NCBI RefSeq assembly: GCF_000150275.1
Contig: NW_002060945.1
Span: forward strand, 11,872-75,871
Length of the DNA: 64,000 nucleotides
Reading direction: 5' to 3'
Source: Trichoplax adhaerens
Lineage: Eukaryota; Animalia; Placozoa
Part shown: positions 12,291 through 26,301 of the stretch, in pieces
Layout: each line of letters begins with the position of its first letter
Numbering within the stretch: position 1 is the stretch's first letter
The notes under the pieces: generated by a model
What the model was told of the DNA's origin: nothing
The model's input: the letters and a program-made list of their open reading frames with translations, nothing else
Database searches by the model: none
Program-made: the position numbers and the translations under genes

Positions 12291-13586
12291 TCATGTGTAA
12301 ATATCTAGCCCTTTTCTTGCCATATCCAATAATTTGCGATGTTTTTCATAGCTGATTATGCCATGCTCTGCAATACGTAGATTTATTTCTGGAATACGAA
12401 AGATATGATTTTTAGGTATAGCAGGATGATAAAAGTGAAAACGTCGATTATTGGCGTGTGGATGTATTCCAGCAGCTTCGGCTAACAATCCTACGTATAC
12501 GTCGTCAATCGATTTTAATAGTTTGACTTTCTTTACTTGTTTAGCCAATAAATCCACACAATCGTTCGTCATCATGTAAGCAAATCCAGAACAATATGGG
12601 GGAAATCTCCTGCGAGGATAGTCCTTATATGATACATAGTATTTGTGTTTCTTGACTCGACAAGGAATACGGTTAGATGTATGCACACGGCCCACTAAAT
12701 ATTTTTTCTTATGTTGGGAATCAAGTGAGTCTGCATACTGTATCAATCGATATGTATTTACAAATACATCGTCATCGCCTTTATAGAAAAATTTCGCCTT
12801 CGGACAGAATTTACGTTGCCAAAGCATTCCTAGCAGTGTTTTATCTGTTAAATTTTGAATACTGTCCTTAAAATCTGCCAATACTAGATCACCAAACACC
12901 CGCGATTCTTTTTCAACAGATTGGTCTAAACTAGTCTGGCCAGACTTGCCAATGATGAAGACGACTCTTATCCTATGTTTAGTCTTACTAGTCATACTAA
13001 TTTCCGTGGTATTACCCCATGTTCGTCGAATATATTGGCGTCTTTTACTATTGTAAGGATGGCTATTAATTACCATAGTTAAATAAACGTTATCATCACA
13101 AGGTGCAGCACTTGGTCTCGTTGACAAGTAGTTTACTTGAAAAGATGACATATTTGTGAGAATAGTTATATTTTTCACGGTAGAGCTATCAAAGGCCAAT
13201 GGATTAGCTTGTGGGCGTTTATTATTTTTAGTAGTAGTCTTTCTATCGTCTATTTTACTGTGTTTTAAAGGTGTAGCTGGGATATTTTTACTATGCTTGA
13301 TCAATCCCTTAAGAGTGGCTTTAGGTGTAATTGCTTTATCGACATCTTTAAGTATAATCTCGCGATTAATTTCTCGACCAGATTCTCCATCCTTGTTAGC
13401 ACGATTAAGCTTTAATCGGCCATGAATGACTACTTTTTCTATTGATTTGTCGAGTGCTTTTGTCTTAGTTGTGACCAGACTTATAACATTTGTCGGTGAA
13501 CGACTACTACCAAACAGCACGGACAGAAATAACAGGTTTAGCACCAACGATAGTAGTAACCAAAATTTCTCGTTGTAAAGGATCAT
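12291..13586 (-). CDS. GT31 beta-1,3-glycosyltransferase, B3GNT-like (paralog 2); intronless CDS
   Basis: 431-aa ORF with N-terminal TM and long Lys-rich stem. Motifs RRQYIRRTWG, NLTDKT, FYKGDDDVFVN, PPYCSGFAY, IDDVYVG. Confidence 0.95.
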   Translation of the reverse strand: MILYNEKFWLLLSLVLNLLFLSVLFGSSRSPTNVISLVTTKTKALDKSIEKVVIHGRLKLNRANKDGESGREINREIILKDVDKAITPKATLKGLIKHSKNIPATPLKHSKIDDRKTTTKNNKRPQANPLAFDSSTVKNITILTNMSSFQVNYLSTRPSAAPCDDNVYLTMVINSHPYNSKRRQYIRRTWGNTTEISMTSKTKHRIRVVFIIGKSGQTSLDQSVEKESRVFGDLVLADFKDSIQNLTDKTLLGMLWQRKFCPKAKFFYKGDDDVFVNTYRLIQYADSLDSQHKKKYLVGRVHTSNRIPCRVKKHKYYVSYKDYPRRRFPPYCSGFAYMMTNDCVDLLAKQVKKVKLLKSIDDVYVGLLAEAAGIHPHANNRRFHFYHPAIPKNHIFRIPEINLRIAEHGIISYEKHRKLLDMARKGLDIYT

Positions 13587-15897
13587 CTTGTTGTTACTAA
13601 TAGCAAAATTTTCGTAGCTCTGTAAAATGTATTAAGCATTGAATGAGTAAACTAACACATAGCAATAAGCCCAATGTCTTATCTAAAGAAACATATAACA
13701 CACATGGTTAGCGCTGTAGAAGAAGTCTAAAATTTATCGGGCTACACATACCGTACAGTATAGATATCTATTCTTTCAAAATAGAGATGTATTCAATCTA
13801 CAGTACTCGTATATTGAACAAAAATCATTGAAACTAGAACCAATAGCCTGTAAAATGAATCAAAACCATCCTAAAACAAGTAATCAAATGCTTAGCATGT
13901 TGCATTGCTTGGACAGATCAATTTTCTATCTGCAATAATGTAGTAAGCGATTACCGACTAATAAGCCCAACAAGTCATCGTTCTTAGCCATCTTATGACC
14001 ATGGATAACTAAATGATTGTTGCGTGTGTAATCGAACTTGATTCAAGTAATTAATTAACCTGTAGTACTGATCAGAAGTATATACTGCCATTATATATTC
14101 GTGATATTGTAGTGTTACTACTGTACGCCAATAAAGCACTGCATCATAATCTGCTGTAAAACATTACTTTCTTAAATATATAACAAAGTTACCACAATAA
14201 TGGATTGTACGGGTGAAAAACAATGCAAACAAGACGTTGTAAGTGATTTTAACGTATTGATCTAGAGAAAGCATCACGTCGCCATATCATAACAATGAGA
14301 ACCTTTGTATTATATTTTTAATGATTTATTGAATTTCGCCTAACCAGATAATCAGATACCACATACGAAAGACCAATATCGAATCTGTATCTTATTACTG
14401 AAGCAGTCTTCGGGTTTACCGCTGTATAAACAATATACAGTAAACTAGATAAACTTAAACTATCTTAATCAATTGGTATCCAAGTCGATGAATGGCGGAT
14501 ACTAAAAGTTTTCATTTCTACGTTAAAGTAGCAAGACGATCAGATGGAGTTTTGATCACTACTGTAGGTACTGCATATTCACATCGATGACATTAAATAT
14601 TGAAATATATACGTTTTGAAGAGCATTTTTGTGACGAAACTTGATGCTGGATTTGGAGTTGACTTTGACACTGACGCACTTTGATGTGGACAAGTTTAAT
14701 GTTCAATGCTTTACTTTTTTAGAGATTTAATACAAGATCTCTAGTCTACTATTTTACGACTCTGACTACAGTTACTCAGTGCGACTTGATCCCTTTGACT
14801 GTTGATAGTAATATATCATTGTTCCACAATTCTTAAAAGAAAAAAATTGGCAATTCACAACACGTCTCTCTATTTTTTAAACCGAATACAAAAGCACCTC
14901 GACTACAATATTGTAATATTTACAGTTCATAATTATCAAGATTGGATAATTACTAAGTAATCGGGTAACTTCATTTATTTATGGAGTTTTAGGCAACACC
15001 TGGCCTGATGAATAACCGCTTGAAATTACGATTACATTTAGTTGACAGTTGCGGTGTTGAAGCGATAATTTACTCACGTTTGAACAGTTGATTGGAGAAT
15101 TGTAGTCATTGTAACCATCATACCCACCCAGTACAATCATCAATCATTTAATCCGAGAGCTGATAGTTACTACACTGCATAAATTGTGATGGCTGCAAAG
15201 GATATTATCAGTAAAAATGTGAACAAAGCAAAAAGAAAATTGGCGAAGATGATAGCTAAGTAGCATGATCGTATCATGGAGATAAAAACTGACTGTAGTG
15301 TCCTATTTCAAGTGTTTGGATGCATGGATTATGTCAAGAGAGGAGCTATCATGACGTCTACTAAGTCATTTATGCAGAAAAGTTGAAATTTTGCTAATAA
15401 GATCATAGAAATGAATTTAGGTAGCAACGGATACTTGCAACTATCAATTGAAGAAGCTCTTCATTGATACAACATAACAAGCATAGTAAAACTAGTTGGA
15501 CTGTGAACATCAAGCGAGTATTACCTTTGATACGCTTGATTAGAAAAGCAAATAAACGGGTGAAATTGGAAGGAGTCCCATCCTCAGTTCGGAAAACAGC
15601 CAGTGATTGATTGATTCCGGGTGGCGGTCAACCGGCGTAGCTGTAGTAATGACTCTGACTTGGATGAAAGTTGCACAATCGTTAGAGTGGACTGGCGCTT
15701 ATTCCACAGTCTATCTACAGTAGCGTAGAATAACTGCAAATGGGTTGTGTTAAACGATGAAAGTAATGAGTAAATGGGGGAAAAAAGTAACCTATCCACT
15801 CTCGATGAATCCTTTACAATCGAATAGTGATGGTCGTTGCTTTCGACTGAAAGATAAAAGATTCCATTTCATCAGAACTGCCTTTCTTCCTCCTACA

Positions 15898-16930
15898 ATA
15901 CTGCAGTTACAATGTACAGTACAGTACATGCGGTAGAGTATGTACATACTGTACACTGTACAGTACTGTGCTGTAGTCTGTACTTACAGTACAAAGTAAA
16001 AGAGAAGAGTGACAACGCTTTGTACTGTAGTGTACAGTGTACTGTACACTGTACAGTACTGTACTGTACTGTAGTCTACACTCATTTTCGGATCGGATTC
16101 GGATTTTATGTAGCGCTTTCAATCGGATTAAATGTTTAGTCATAGTGGGGTTACAATACACTAGTCTACAGTACAGTTCGAGTTCAGAAAAAACAGTTAC
16201 TGTAAGTTTTGCTGAACTCTATGACTACAGTGTATGGCATGCTTGGTCAATCAATAAGAGTACTAGAGTAGTACTGCATGGGCTTCTAGATAAAATGCTT
16301 CGTTAGCACTGTACTGTATCTGAGTGAAGCATACTAAAGAGAGAAGACAGTCCTGTGAGCATAATGATTGTACATTGTACACTGTACAGTACAGTATACT
16401 GTACAGTACTATAGAGGGTCTAATAAAGGGTCTAATAGAGGGTCTCTACTTTACTGTACAGTGTACAGTGTACAGTACAGCAAATCGAAAATCTAGTATG
16501 ATACCTGTAGACTGTAGAGCACAGTGTACTGTACACTTGAGTGTACAGTAAATGAAAAAACTCATCGTCTCATAGTACAGTACTGTACTGTACTGTGCAG
16601 TACGTACAGGCATTGCCGTTGACTACAGTACTTTGCACCATAACCACGTATCTATCCGATGTCCATCCGATACTAAATACAGTACTGTACAGTACTGTAC
16701 ATTGAGTACAATAGTGAGACCTTCGGTACAGTACCTTGGCTACAGTACAAAGTACCGTATGCTAGACCAAGCCTTCCGTACTGCGGCTTTCAGAAGAGTT
16801 GCGCTACACTCAGTGTACAGTACTGTACTCTGAGTGACTTCCATTTTCTTATTTATCTCTCCAGCAAGATGGAGGTTACTACAGTACTGTACAGTAATGT
16901 GATTTTACGTGATACAGTACAGTACTGGAA
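15898..16930. repeat. TACAG/GTAC-rich low-complexity island (about 1 kb)
   Basis: Many TACAGTAC, ACTGTACAGT and GTACTGTAC words. It ends about 150 bp before the putative SNX13 ATG and lies on the 5' side of the divergent paralog-2 gene. The Y/S/T/V-rich ORFs here are artefacts of the repeat. Confidence 0.85.
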
Positions 16931-17079
16931 GACTTGGACTTGGGGCTAACCGCATACGGAGTTTTCAACTTTTGGGGGGCAATATTATCTTCCTTGATTG
17001 GTTTCCATCTCTTTAGTCAATTTTTATAGTGCCAGTCGAAAACCCTCTATCCTCCAGTACTGCCAGATGTGAAGAAAAG

Positions 17080-20000
17080 ATGGGATATGAGAATTTTTCG
17101 GTAAGATTATGTACAGTTACTAGTCAGAACTAGCAATCAGCAATGAACAAACACTGCTAACATCATCGTCGAATGTCTAAATAGAGATAATCTGGATAAA
17201 ATCCATCACAAGGGATAGTAGCCAATTTCAAGAATAATAGGATGCGTAATAACTCCTTGTTGTTCAACGTCAATCGATGGAAGTTGTCAAGTTATGAGAG
17301 AAAAAGAAAGCACCCTTTCCAATCAACCCCCTCCCCTATCCATCGATCCAAGCTATATTGATTGACTACAGTAGTCCTGCACAGCATGGCCTACAGACTG
17401 AGTATGCTCTCAAGCAATGTCGCTTGTACTCAAATACGGTATACTCTACTCTACAGCGAAATGCACTATAGTACACTTGTAATGGTATCGTTAACCAAAT
17501 GCTCCACTGAGGATGATATGGTTGACATTAGTATACCACTTGCAGTTAGTCAAATTCATCATCTCAACCACTATCACAGCATAGATTGATTCGCAACTAG
17601 CTTTACTCCTAGCTGTCATCATGTACAGTAGACTGATAACAGCCACATTGGCCTGCCAACTTGTTGGCTTAATGCATAAACGTTTGTTGAAACTTACTTT
17701 TGGACAACACCTCCCAACATCTTGTAAATGCAATTCCTCTTTTTCTTTAGCCCAATTTTATACTGCCAAAAATGTTGTCCATAACAATCTTTCAACGAAA
17801 GTAAGATATTGTAGACTCTACGGTCATTTTTAGGGCTTGATGATAGATCAATCGCTGCCGGCCTAGAATTGGATAGGGCTAAAATCATTACTATTTTTAC
17901 ATGCGCAATCTACAATTGCACACTTAAATGTCTATCCTTGCCGCTAACGTAAATCAATTGAGACCAAGACGTAAAGAGAAACATAGTCTAACATTAGAAC
18001 TTTTTTATTGACAGTCTTGATCATTATCGTCCCCGTATGTCAACAATCATGCCATGACATTCATGCTGAACTAGCTTGTAATGATAAAACAAAATGGATT
18101 GGAAAATGGCAATTAAAATTACATAAACGAGAATGATTAACATTACTCTGCAATAGACTTATAACGTCTACGACTTAACCATGGCTAAGTCGTTATTCAC
18201 CGCTATATTTCAATATGCTCTTTCCAACAAGTCATCGGTAGAGGTTACCTCTTACCCGATACTATGAGCTATCATAATGGTGGACATGTAAAGCTATTAT
18301 ATCATGACCTATCGGTAATAATGATGTTCACAAATTGCTTGGATCTTGGATCTATTGAAAGCATACTTGCAAATCGCAATAAATTAGCAATGTAAACTCA
18401 TCACTTAGTCATGATGCTACTTCAATTAACTATACGAGTATACTAGCTTTTAATTCAAACTTAAAATATCTCTTCCCAGTTGTCAAATGATATTATGATT
18501 ATCTATTTCACATACAACTCAGTACGACAGACATGCAATATATTACATTCACTTCGCTAGCTGTTGTTAATAATATGTGTACACTATGTACTGATTATGA
18601 CCATAGACGATTTCTAATGCGTCTTCTTACTTCGGTGCTACCCTGTATTCGCACGATTAGTGTGCGGTATACAGGACGTAATTGCAATATTGTCAACCTA
18701 ACTTTACTACATTACACATTAGAAGACTACTTGCAATTATTAATTATTTTATTGCCGTACATTTACATTTTATATAGTCTTAAAATGTTTTTTACTTATG
18801 AAACTACGAGTATAACAGAACCTGCTGTTTGTAGATGATAGGCTTTACTAACTCGCATACAACTCTTCATGAATTCATACTATAGTTATCGCGGTTTCTC
18901 ATATGGACTGGCTGTGCAGTGGCCCTTGCTTTTTACAACTTTGGGTGGAAGAATTGTCTGTTGATTGCCTTTTATTTGGGTCTCTTTATTGTTGGGTAAG
19001 CTCAATCGAATTGAATTTGCTGTATAACATTTAATACAAAATAGTAGTCGGTATTAGAGGAATCATTACACACAATGAGAGTGTATTAGTCAACAATTGT
19101 AATTTTGTGTACGTATCACTCTATCGGATCATCATTAGTTTAGTATTTTTTTACATTATGTATAAAACTGCAGTGCCAGTAATTCTGTAGAAAGATTGAG
19201 GCTGTTCTAAAATGACCTTATGGCCACAATATTGTAATTAACTTAGTATTTGTAGTCATTCCTAAACTCTATGATATAGGCTCACTAGGCTACAAATCGC
19301 TTATGCTGTACCTACAAGTCTGAATCTAGTAGCAAATGTACGTGCATCATCAGTAGCAACCGATTATAAGCTCTACTAAATTAATTGCAAACCTAAAGTA
19401 AAACAATTTAATCCTAAAAAATTGTTATATGCACATTGAGCTAGTCATTGTGGAACTGCAATCAATTACCTTATAGACAATACTGCCACGAAGCAACATT
19501 GTTGTTAGCTCCACTCAGTGTACTGTATTAATGACCGTAAAACTGCGATCTAAAAGCTACACTAAATCATTTATCGATTGTAAAGGCATCAAAAATATCC
19601 TTTAAGCCCGATGCAATCATTTCGTATTTCATTCGGTATACTATAAGGATTATTTTAAATACCATAACCCCTTATATTATTCGCAATTCTAGGTGGCTCG
19701 GGTACTTGTACAGTAATGCACTTGCTAGCATACAAAATATTTGGATTGACAATAAGCTAATTCGATTACCGAGAAATAAAATCGGAATTGACAAGGTAAC
19801 TAATTTACCCTAACAATTATAATAAGTAATAACGTGGCCTTGGCGTAATATACTGTTGCATTTTGTAGTTTGCAACCTTGCTATTATAACTTTGTTTCAT
19901 TGGTAAGTAACTGTGTTTCCTTTATAAGTAACGATGTAGCAGTCATCTATTTATTTTTTAACATTTAGTGTTAAATATTATATAACTGTTTACTGTATGA

Positions 20001-23000
20001 TATTGACTATTACTGTTTGTAGTAGATGCAAGTACTTCTAAGCTGAATTATGTTCTCCATTGCTTCAGATTGTCGAGACTGTCACCGAGGGTGAACGTCA
20101 GTATAAACTTGACAAGCGATTAACTGGTGCTAGCATTATTGATGGACCATTGCAAGATGTATAAAAATTTGATTCATAAATATTGCGAATAAACTGATCG
20201 TTACCTAGATTTATCGAATTGCTTATAATTATCGATTATATCGTTTATAAATTTTATATAAAAGGTAATTACTTACGCCTTTCGAGATTACATACATCCA
20301 TGGTACGACAGTATCTCTGGACATCCGGAATTTATTTACGAGCTGCAGCAAGCGATACAAAAGGTTTTAATCAATTTCGCTATAAGGTAATCTAAGGATG
20401 TTCTCGATATCGTTAAAAATTTCGTACGAAAAGCTGACACTCGATCGAGTTTCTGTACGTTACGACTTAATAGTGATATTATTTTTATCTTTTCTTGTGA
20501 AAATACCAATAAACAGGTACAGTGTAGTAGAGATAATAAAACACTAACAGCTGACATGTAGCTGAAAGACAGTAGAATGTTATTTAATGCTACTTGTCAT
20601 TGACAGTAAATTTCTATAAGTCTCAATAATCAACCTTTATCCTACCAGTAGCCTGTAACATTCAATAGACTAACCAGTATTGCCCTTGCTATTTGTATGC
20701 CTGGGTCAATTTATGATAATGCCTATCATATAAGTTATCTAAGTAACTATGTTTATTAGCTACAGTACTGCGACATATTTTCATAAACATCACTCCTAAT
20801 GTTATACTAATCGTTGTTACAACAGGGCAAAAGATGCTGATTGGGTTAGGTTGATTACTGCCACCTGCATTGATGATTTCGCTTCACATATTCGACTTTT
20901 CAATAAAGCAGTTCAAAAGAGAAAGAAAGAAAGAGAAGGAAAACAAGAGAAACCTGTTCAGAGTAAGTAATTTAAAAGAAAATATTGTGACCTCTATTAA
21001 TAAACATTATAGTTTAAAAATATTTATGCAATCAACTTTATTTATAAATTCATCGGCAACTTCGTATTGCAAATTTATTTAGTAATTTGTAATTTTAATT
21101 TTACAAAACGCAATTCATATCGGTGAAATTACGTTGTAACAGATGAAAGATTTGTTTTGTCATTCTAAACACTTCGTTCGAAAGTAATCCATTATTTACC
21201 AAGTTTGCTTATATTTGTTAAATAATAGTTGAGCGTGCTCTAGCTGAAATCGAAGTTATATTTTTCCGATTTGAAAAAGTTATGGAAAAACAATCTATTA
21301 CCAGAGAGAAAATTTGCACTTGCCCTGAAGTGGAACGAGGTTTGTAATCTCTCATATACTATGCAATTACCTATAAATAGCATACTCGAATCAGTAGTTT
21401 TTAAAATTTTCGATACTATTATTGTCGTACATGTAGTTAGTAAAACGAAAACTATTTTATCTTGGTGCATCGTAACATGAAATCTAAAATAAAGTTGTAC
21501 TTTAAATATTGCAGCTTTTCTACAAGACTTAGTTGAGATTCTTCTCTATCAATATCTTTCTCCGGATGACTTTGGGAACACGGTTTTGAGATCCCTTGCA
21601 AGGGTATCATATATACTTAAAAATAAATTTAAGTAATCCTTGAACCAGTTATGAAATTACATGGCTTAATCATTATAAATAATCATAAATTATTTTCTTA
21701 TTTCATAAGGAAATCATTGTATCTAGTGTAGTAATACCTACAATAAATATTTTATGCGATCCAGATTTTATAAACGGGATGATCATTACCTGGGTTAGTG
21801 TATATGAAAAGTAAAAGAGCACTTTTACCTAGTCGAAAATTAATGAAATCATCGCTGATAACATTACTATAAAACATTTTAATCCTTATTATAGATGAAA
21901 GAAAATTCTTTTAATTTCGATTCCTTTATTACTGCTATCAGGTAATACATTTGCGCTAGAAAAATAATAGACTATACATAATTTGTTGCCAAGCTAATAT
22001 CCTGAACGATATCTTTTTAACATACAGAACTACAAGACGTATGCCGGATATAACTGAAACATTACAAAGTGTAGAAACTGAAATTATGCGAGTCCAAAGG
22101 CAGGATACTGAAGGTTATCTTTATATCAATGTCAATTATTTACTGCCATTAACAACGCACATAATATTTCTACACTCTAAACAACTGCCTATTGAATAAT
22201 TTTGGCATGCTTTAGACGCTAAACACCAATTGAATAATTTGAATAGCATTAAACGTGAATGTAATGCTATCTTGAAATATTTGCAAAGGCCTGAAGAAAA
22301 TGTAAGAAGATGTCAAATTTTATTACAGTTTTGCTTCATTCTCTTTAAGAATTTTTGGTAATTTCAGTCAATCGTAAATTCGATTTTATGATAACCTTCA
22401 TTATCGTATTACAACTATCCTTTCTAGGATGACCTTGATGATTCGAAGCAAGTGTTACCTGACTTACCGCTACATGCAATTATTAGTAATAATACAGCGT
22501 TGTTATATTTTATGGGTTAGTTACCGGGATAAAATCACTTTCTTACCTACGTTATACGTAGGCGTGAATAATTTCGTAATATTGGCCTTCATAATTGCTT
22601 ACTTAGAGTATCTAGACAGTATTGGTGGAAAAGCCAAGGCCTATCTAAGCTTCTGGCTGAATATTGAAGTCTGTATAAAATATACGCCTAACATAATCAA
22701 CAATTTTCCTTTATTTTAATGAAAATTACCAATTTTATTCTAATCACCTTTCGAAGTTAACTAAGGTTACGTTTACTGTTTTTAAACTAAATAGTGCTTC
22801 CGTACATCTGCTGAACAGCAAATCTCTGCAGTATTACTTAACGATACCAGAGAAGGAGACGAGGTAAGAATGGATTTTATCATTGATAAAATACTTATAT
22901 ATGTGCATCTTAAGTAACAAAACTTTACGATTATGGAAGAAAGTACTTCTCGTGACGTAATTGTGTGTATGACGTCCATATTACCTTGTTAGTCAATATA

Positions 23001-26000
23001 ATAATTTCAAATTTTGGGATTGTGTAGGGTGGGGTTGAACCTGACCTAGAAACTTTAAGAGTTGCTGCCTTCAATCTTTTTGATGAATACCTCTGCGAGC
23101 AGGTAGTTAATTCTATTAGTAAGAGTTCGAATTGAAAATGCCATTTTATGAAAGTGCTTTTAAGGATTATTTTACTAACAAAACCAGGCTGACCAGCAAG
23201 TCGCTTTGAATCCCCAGACGGTAAAAAAATTATATGAAAATATAAAGCTGTCTATACCATCAGTCGATATGTTCGACACATGCCAGGAAGAGGTACTTAA
23301 ATTTTATTATCGGAATAAAGATGACTTACGATGAACAGCGCAGCTTAATTAATCTCTTATTGGACTTTGAAATATCGGGTGTCTTGATAGGCTTACCATA
23401 TCCTCTTACATGATTTTTGTCCCGCGTTCAAGAGAAGCCAATTTTATTATGGGTAAATATGAATATTAAAGGCTTATGGATCTATTTTAAGAACCGCATC
23501 TTCACGTCCATTAAACACTAAATTAGAATTTGCTAACAATTGTAGGTGTTGTGTAGACTTGGGGATGGTGAAAGATGAAGCAAAGAACTGTACGAACTAA
23601 CTAGAATTATAAATAAAATGTTAATCAGCTTTTTTTGTAGATTAACACACTATGTTTCTTGTTTAATGGTTAGCTTCTGTCGGTTCTGATATTGAAGAAG
23701 AGTCACAAAATATAGCGCCTGTATCTCCGGTTAGCTTTAACGTATCATTAACAATCTATTTCCGCAATTTTATTAAATTGCTTCATAATTATTTTTATTT
23801 TAAGGTCTCTGATAATAATCATGACCCATTAAGTGAAAACTCGCAAGTTTCAAATACAAATAGCACTGATGGAGACCACAGCACTTCACAGCAAACGAAT
23901 GTCAGTCTCAATGGTGTATCATTTACCGTGGCAGTTACTACTATAGGTACAAATGTATCAGGATGTTGACCATATATTTTATAGTATAATCGTAAACATA
24001 CGCTATAATTGGCATGAATATCTGTATTTGTCTAATAAATATGCACAGGTGTAACAAAAAATGCATCTACGGGTACTGGAAAAACCTATGCCGTGTACGC
24101 AATCAGTGTTACCAAGCACAGCCCAACCGGAGATGAAAGTTGGGAGGTATACCGCCGTTACAGTGATTTTCACGATTTGCATATGCAATTAAAAGAAAAG
24201 GTAACTATACATTCATTTATCTCTATTTAAGTTAGCTATATTCTATTAGTGAAAGTTGCTAGCAATCAAGCAATTGTAGTAGAAAAAGTCCGAAAATGTC
24301 TCATTTGTGTTATAATATCCATCCATTCCGATTTAATAGTTAGGTGGTAAGTTGAGTATTTCATTACCTGGAAAGAGAACTTTTGGAAATAATCTTGATA
24401 AGGCGTTCTTGGAATCTCGACGTCGAAAATTAGATCTTTACTTAAAGGTACTAGCATAGTGTTACAATATTCGTAAAATCTCTAAAGATAGATTGAAAAT
24501 TTTGAAATATGCATTGCCGTTAAGTTCTTTAACATTGAATGAAATATTGTTTAGGGTATTGTTGATCCAGAGTTTATGAATATGCATAAAAGCCTTATCG
24601 TTATCATCGCTAGCTTTCTGGAGCCAGGTTCTTATAACAAAGAAAAAAATAATATACTAAGAAAGGTATTAGTCTTTAGCTATACATTAAATGACAATAA
24701 ATTTGTATTTTATTTATTCGTCTAGAAGTGTTGATGCTTTGTTCTAATTCTTAAAATGATATTGCTATAAAGTAATTATAATTGTAAAATAAATTAGATG
24801 CCGTAGCACTTACATTCAACTTATTTAATGATCCTACTGTCACTTATCGTTGATATGGTTTCAAACTTTCCCCTAGATGGACACGTTTGTTACACCTTTC
24901 CGGGATTCTGTTAATACTGCCGTAAAATTAGTAGACCAGAACTTATTTAAACCTTTAGATCAGAACGTTACGAAGAAAATATCTGTTGGACTTAACCGAG
25001 TTTTTGACAAAGTAATTATTGGCAAATCTTTTGTTGCATTATAGCTCTGTTATTGTAATTATTAACATATGATTTTATTTAAATAGCCATTTCAAACTAG
25101 TAAGGTAAAAGGTGATACTGATCCTGAACTCAACACTCATGGCAGTACTAAAGTTGCAGCGCGCTTACTTTCGAATGAGGTATACCAATCTGTATTTAAT
25201 CAGCCTAGAATATGCATGATATAATATGTACGCTTGCAATTGAAGTTATACCCCCTGACTAATCGAATATTGTAATAATCCAATGGTAGTCTATCGATGA
25301 TGATAGCATCCCTCTCCGTATCCTTCTTTTATTAATGGACGAAGTATTTGATTTTCAAAAGAAGTATGCGCTCTTCATTGTATTTCATGTGTCGCTGATG
25401 CACATTCATATAATTGTATCATTTGCTACTCTTTACTCACTACATGAGACTAAAGTTATATTTTTCGTGACCTATTTTTGCAGGAATCAATGGCTGGAAA
25501 GGCATAAAATTATGTTAAGCTTCTTAAAGCAAATGATTAAAGCGACGTATGGAGATAAATTGAATCGGTAAAACATATAGTGCGATCAGACTATTGATGT
25601 ATTGTGCTTCAATGCAAGCAACCACGTCAATGCTTAATTTAAACTTACCTGTTACTCATATAGAAAAATTATTGATCAAGTGCAGTATCTTACATCGTCC
25701 GAACAAATCGCACAATATGTACGACAACTCAGGTTCAGTGTATAGCTAATTTCGAATAAGAACTTAAGCTAATTTTCTGTGTAGTTCTTATTAATTATCT
25801 GAGTATTATATATGTTAATGCAGAGATATATTATGGCCGAACGGTGTATTAGCGGAACCTACGCCTGAAAGGAAATCAGAACAAAAATCACGAGCCCGGA
25901 TTGTTGCTTTAGCTAAAATGTTGGGAAGTGTTCCAGGTAACACATTATAAATTACAGGCATCTTTCTAAAGATAGATAATTAATTGAAAACATTTACATT

Positions 26001-26301
26001 ACGCAAATACTAGATGATCTGAGAAGAATCATAGGGTCGGAAACTTGTACGGGAGGAATTGTTAGGTTTGTCACATTATTTTCTATTTCGAGCTTTACTC
26101 ATTTAGGTAACTTTATTGAGAAGTTTTTGATGTAGTATTGATGTAACTTTCATTTTTTCGCAAAGGGTTTTCAATATGTTTCAACAAGCAAACCTGAATA
26201 AGCGTTTATTTTACACTATGATTGAAGCAATTTCCGAATCTGTCTTCCCAGAAACTTTTAGCGATATTTTTGCTAAGCTCTATGCTCACCATTGTAAATG
26301 A
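17080..26301 (+). CDS. SNX13: Sorting nexin 13 (TM-PXA-RGS-PX-Nexin_C), 32 coding exons
   Basis: Phase-consistent exons start at 17080 (MGYENFS, least certain), 18886, 19693, 20069, 20265, 20826, 21229, 21515, 21710, 21895, 22028, 22216, 22428, 22607, 22795, 23028, 23188, 23391, 23546, 23674, 23805, 24049, 24340, 24555, 24877, 25087, 25290, 25484, 25664, 25824, 26014 and 26166; stop TGA at 26299-26301. PXA: LDKRLTGASIIDGPLQD, RDYIHPWY, CDPDFIN. RGS: ALLYFMEYLDSIGG..YLSFWLNIE. PX: WEVYRRYSDFHDLH, LPGKRTF. C-terminal region: MDTFVTP, IPLRILLLLMDEVFD, ATYGDKLNRKI, WPNGVLAE. Confidence 0.95.

Noticed and set aside
15907-16833. Several 66-89 aa ORFs rich in Y/S/T/V/C
   Set aside because: They are translations of the TACAG/GTAC low-complexity island on both strands and have no domain motifs.
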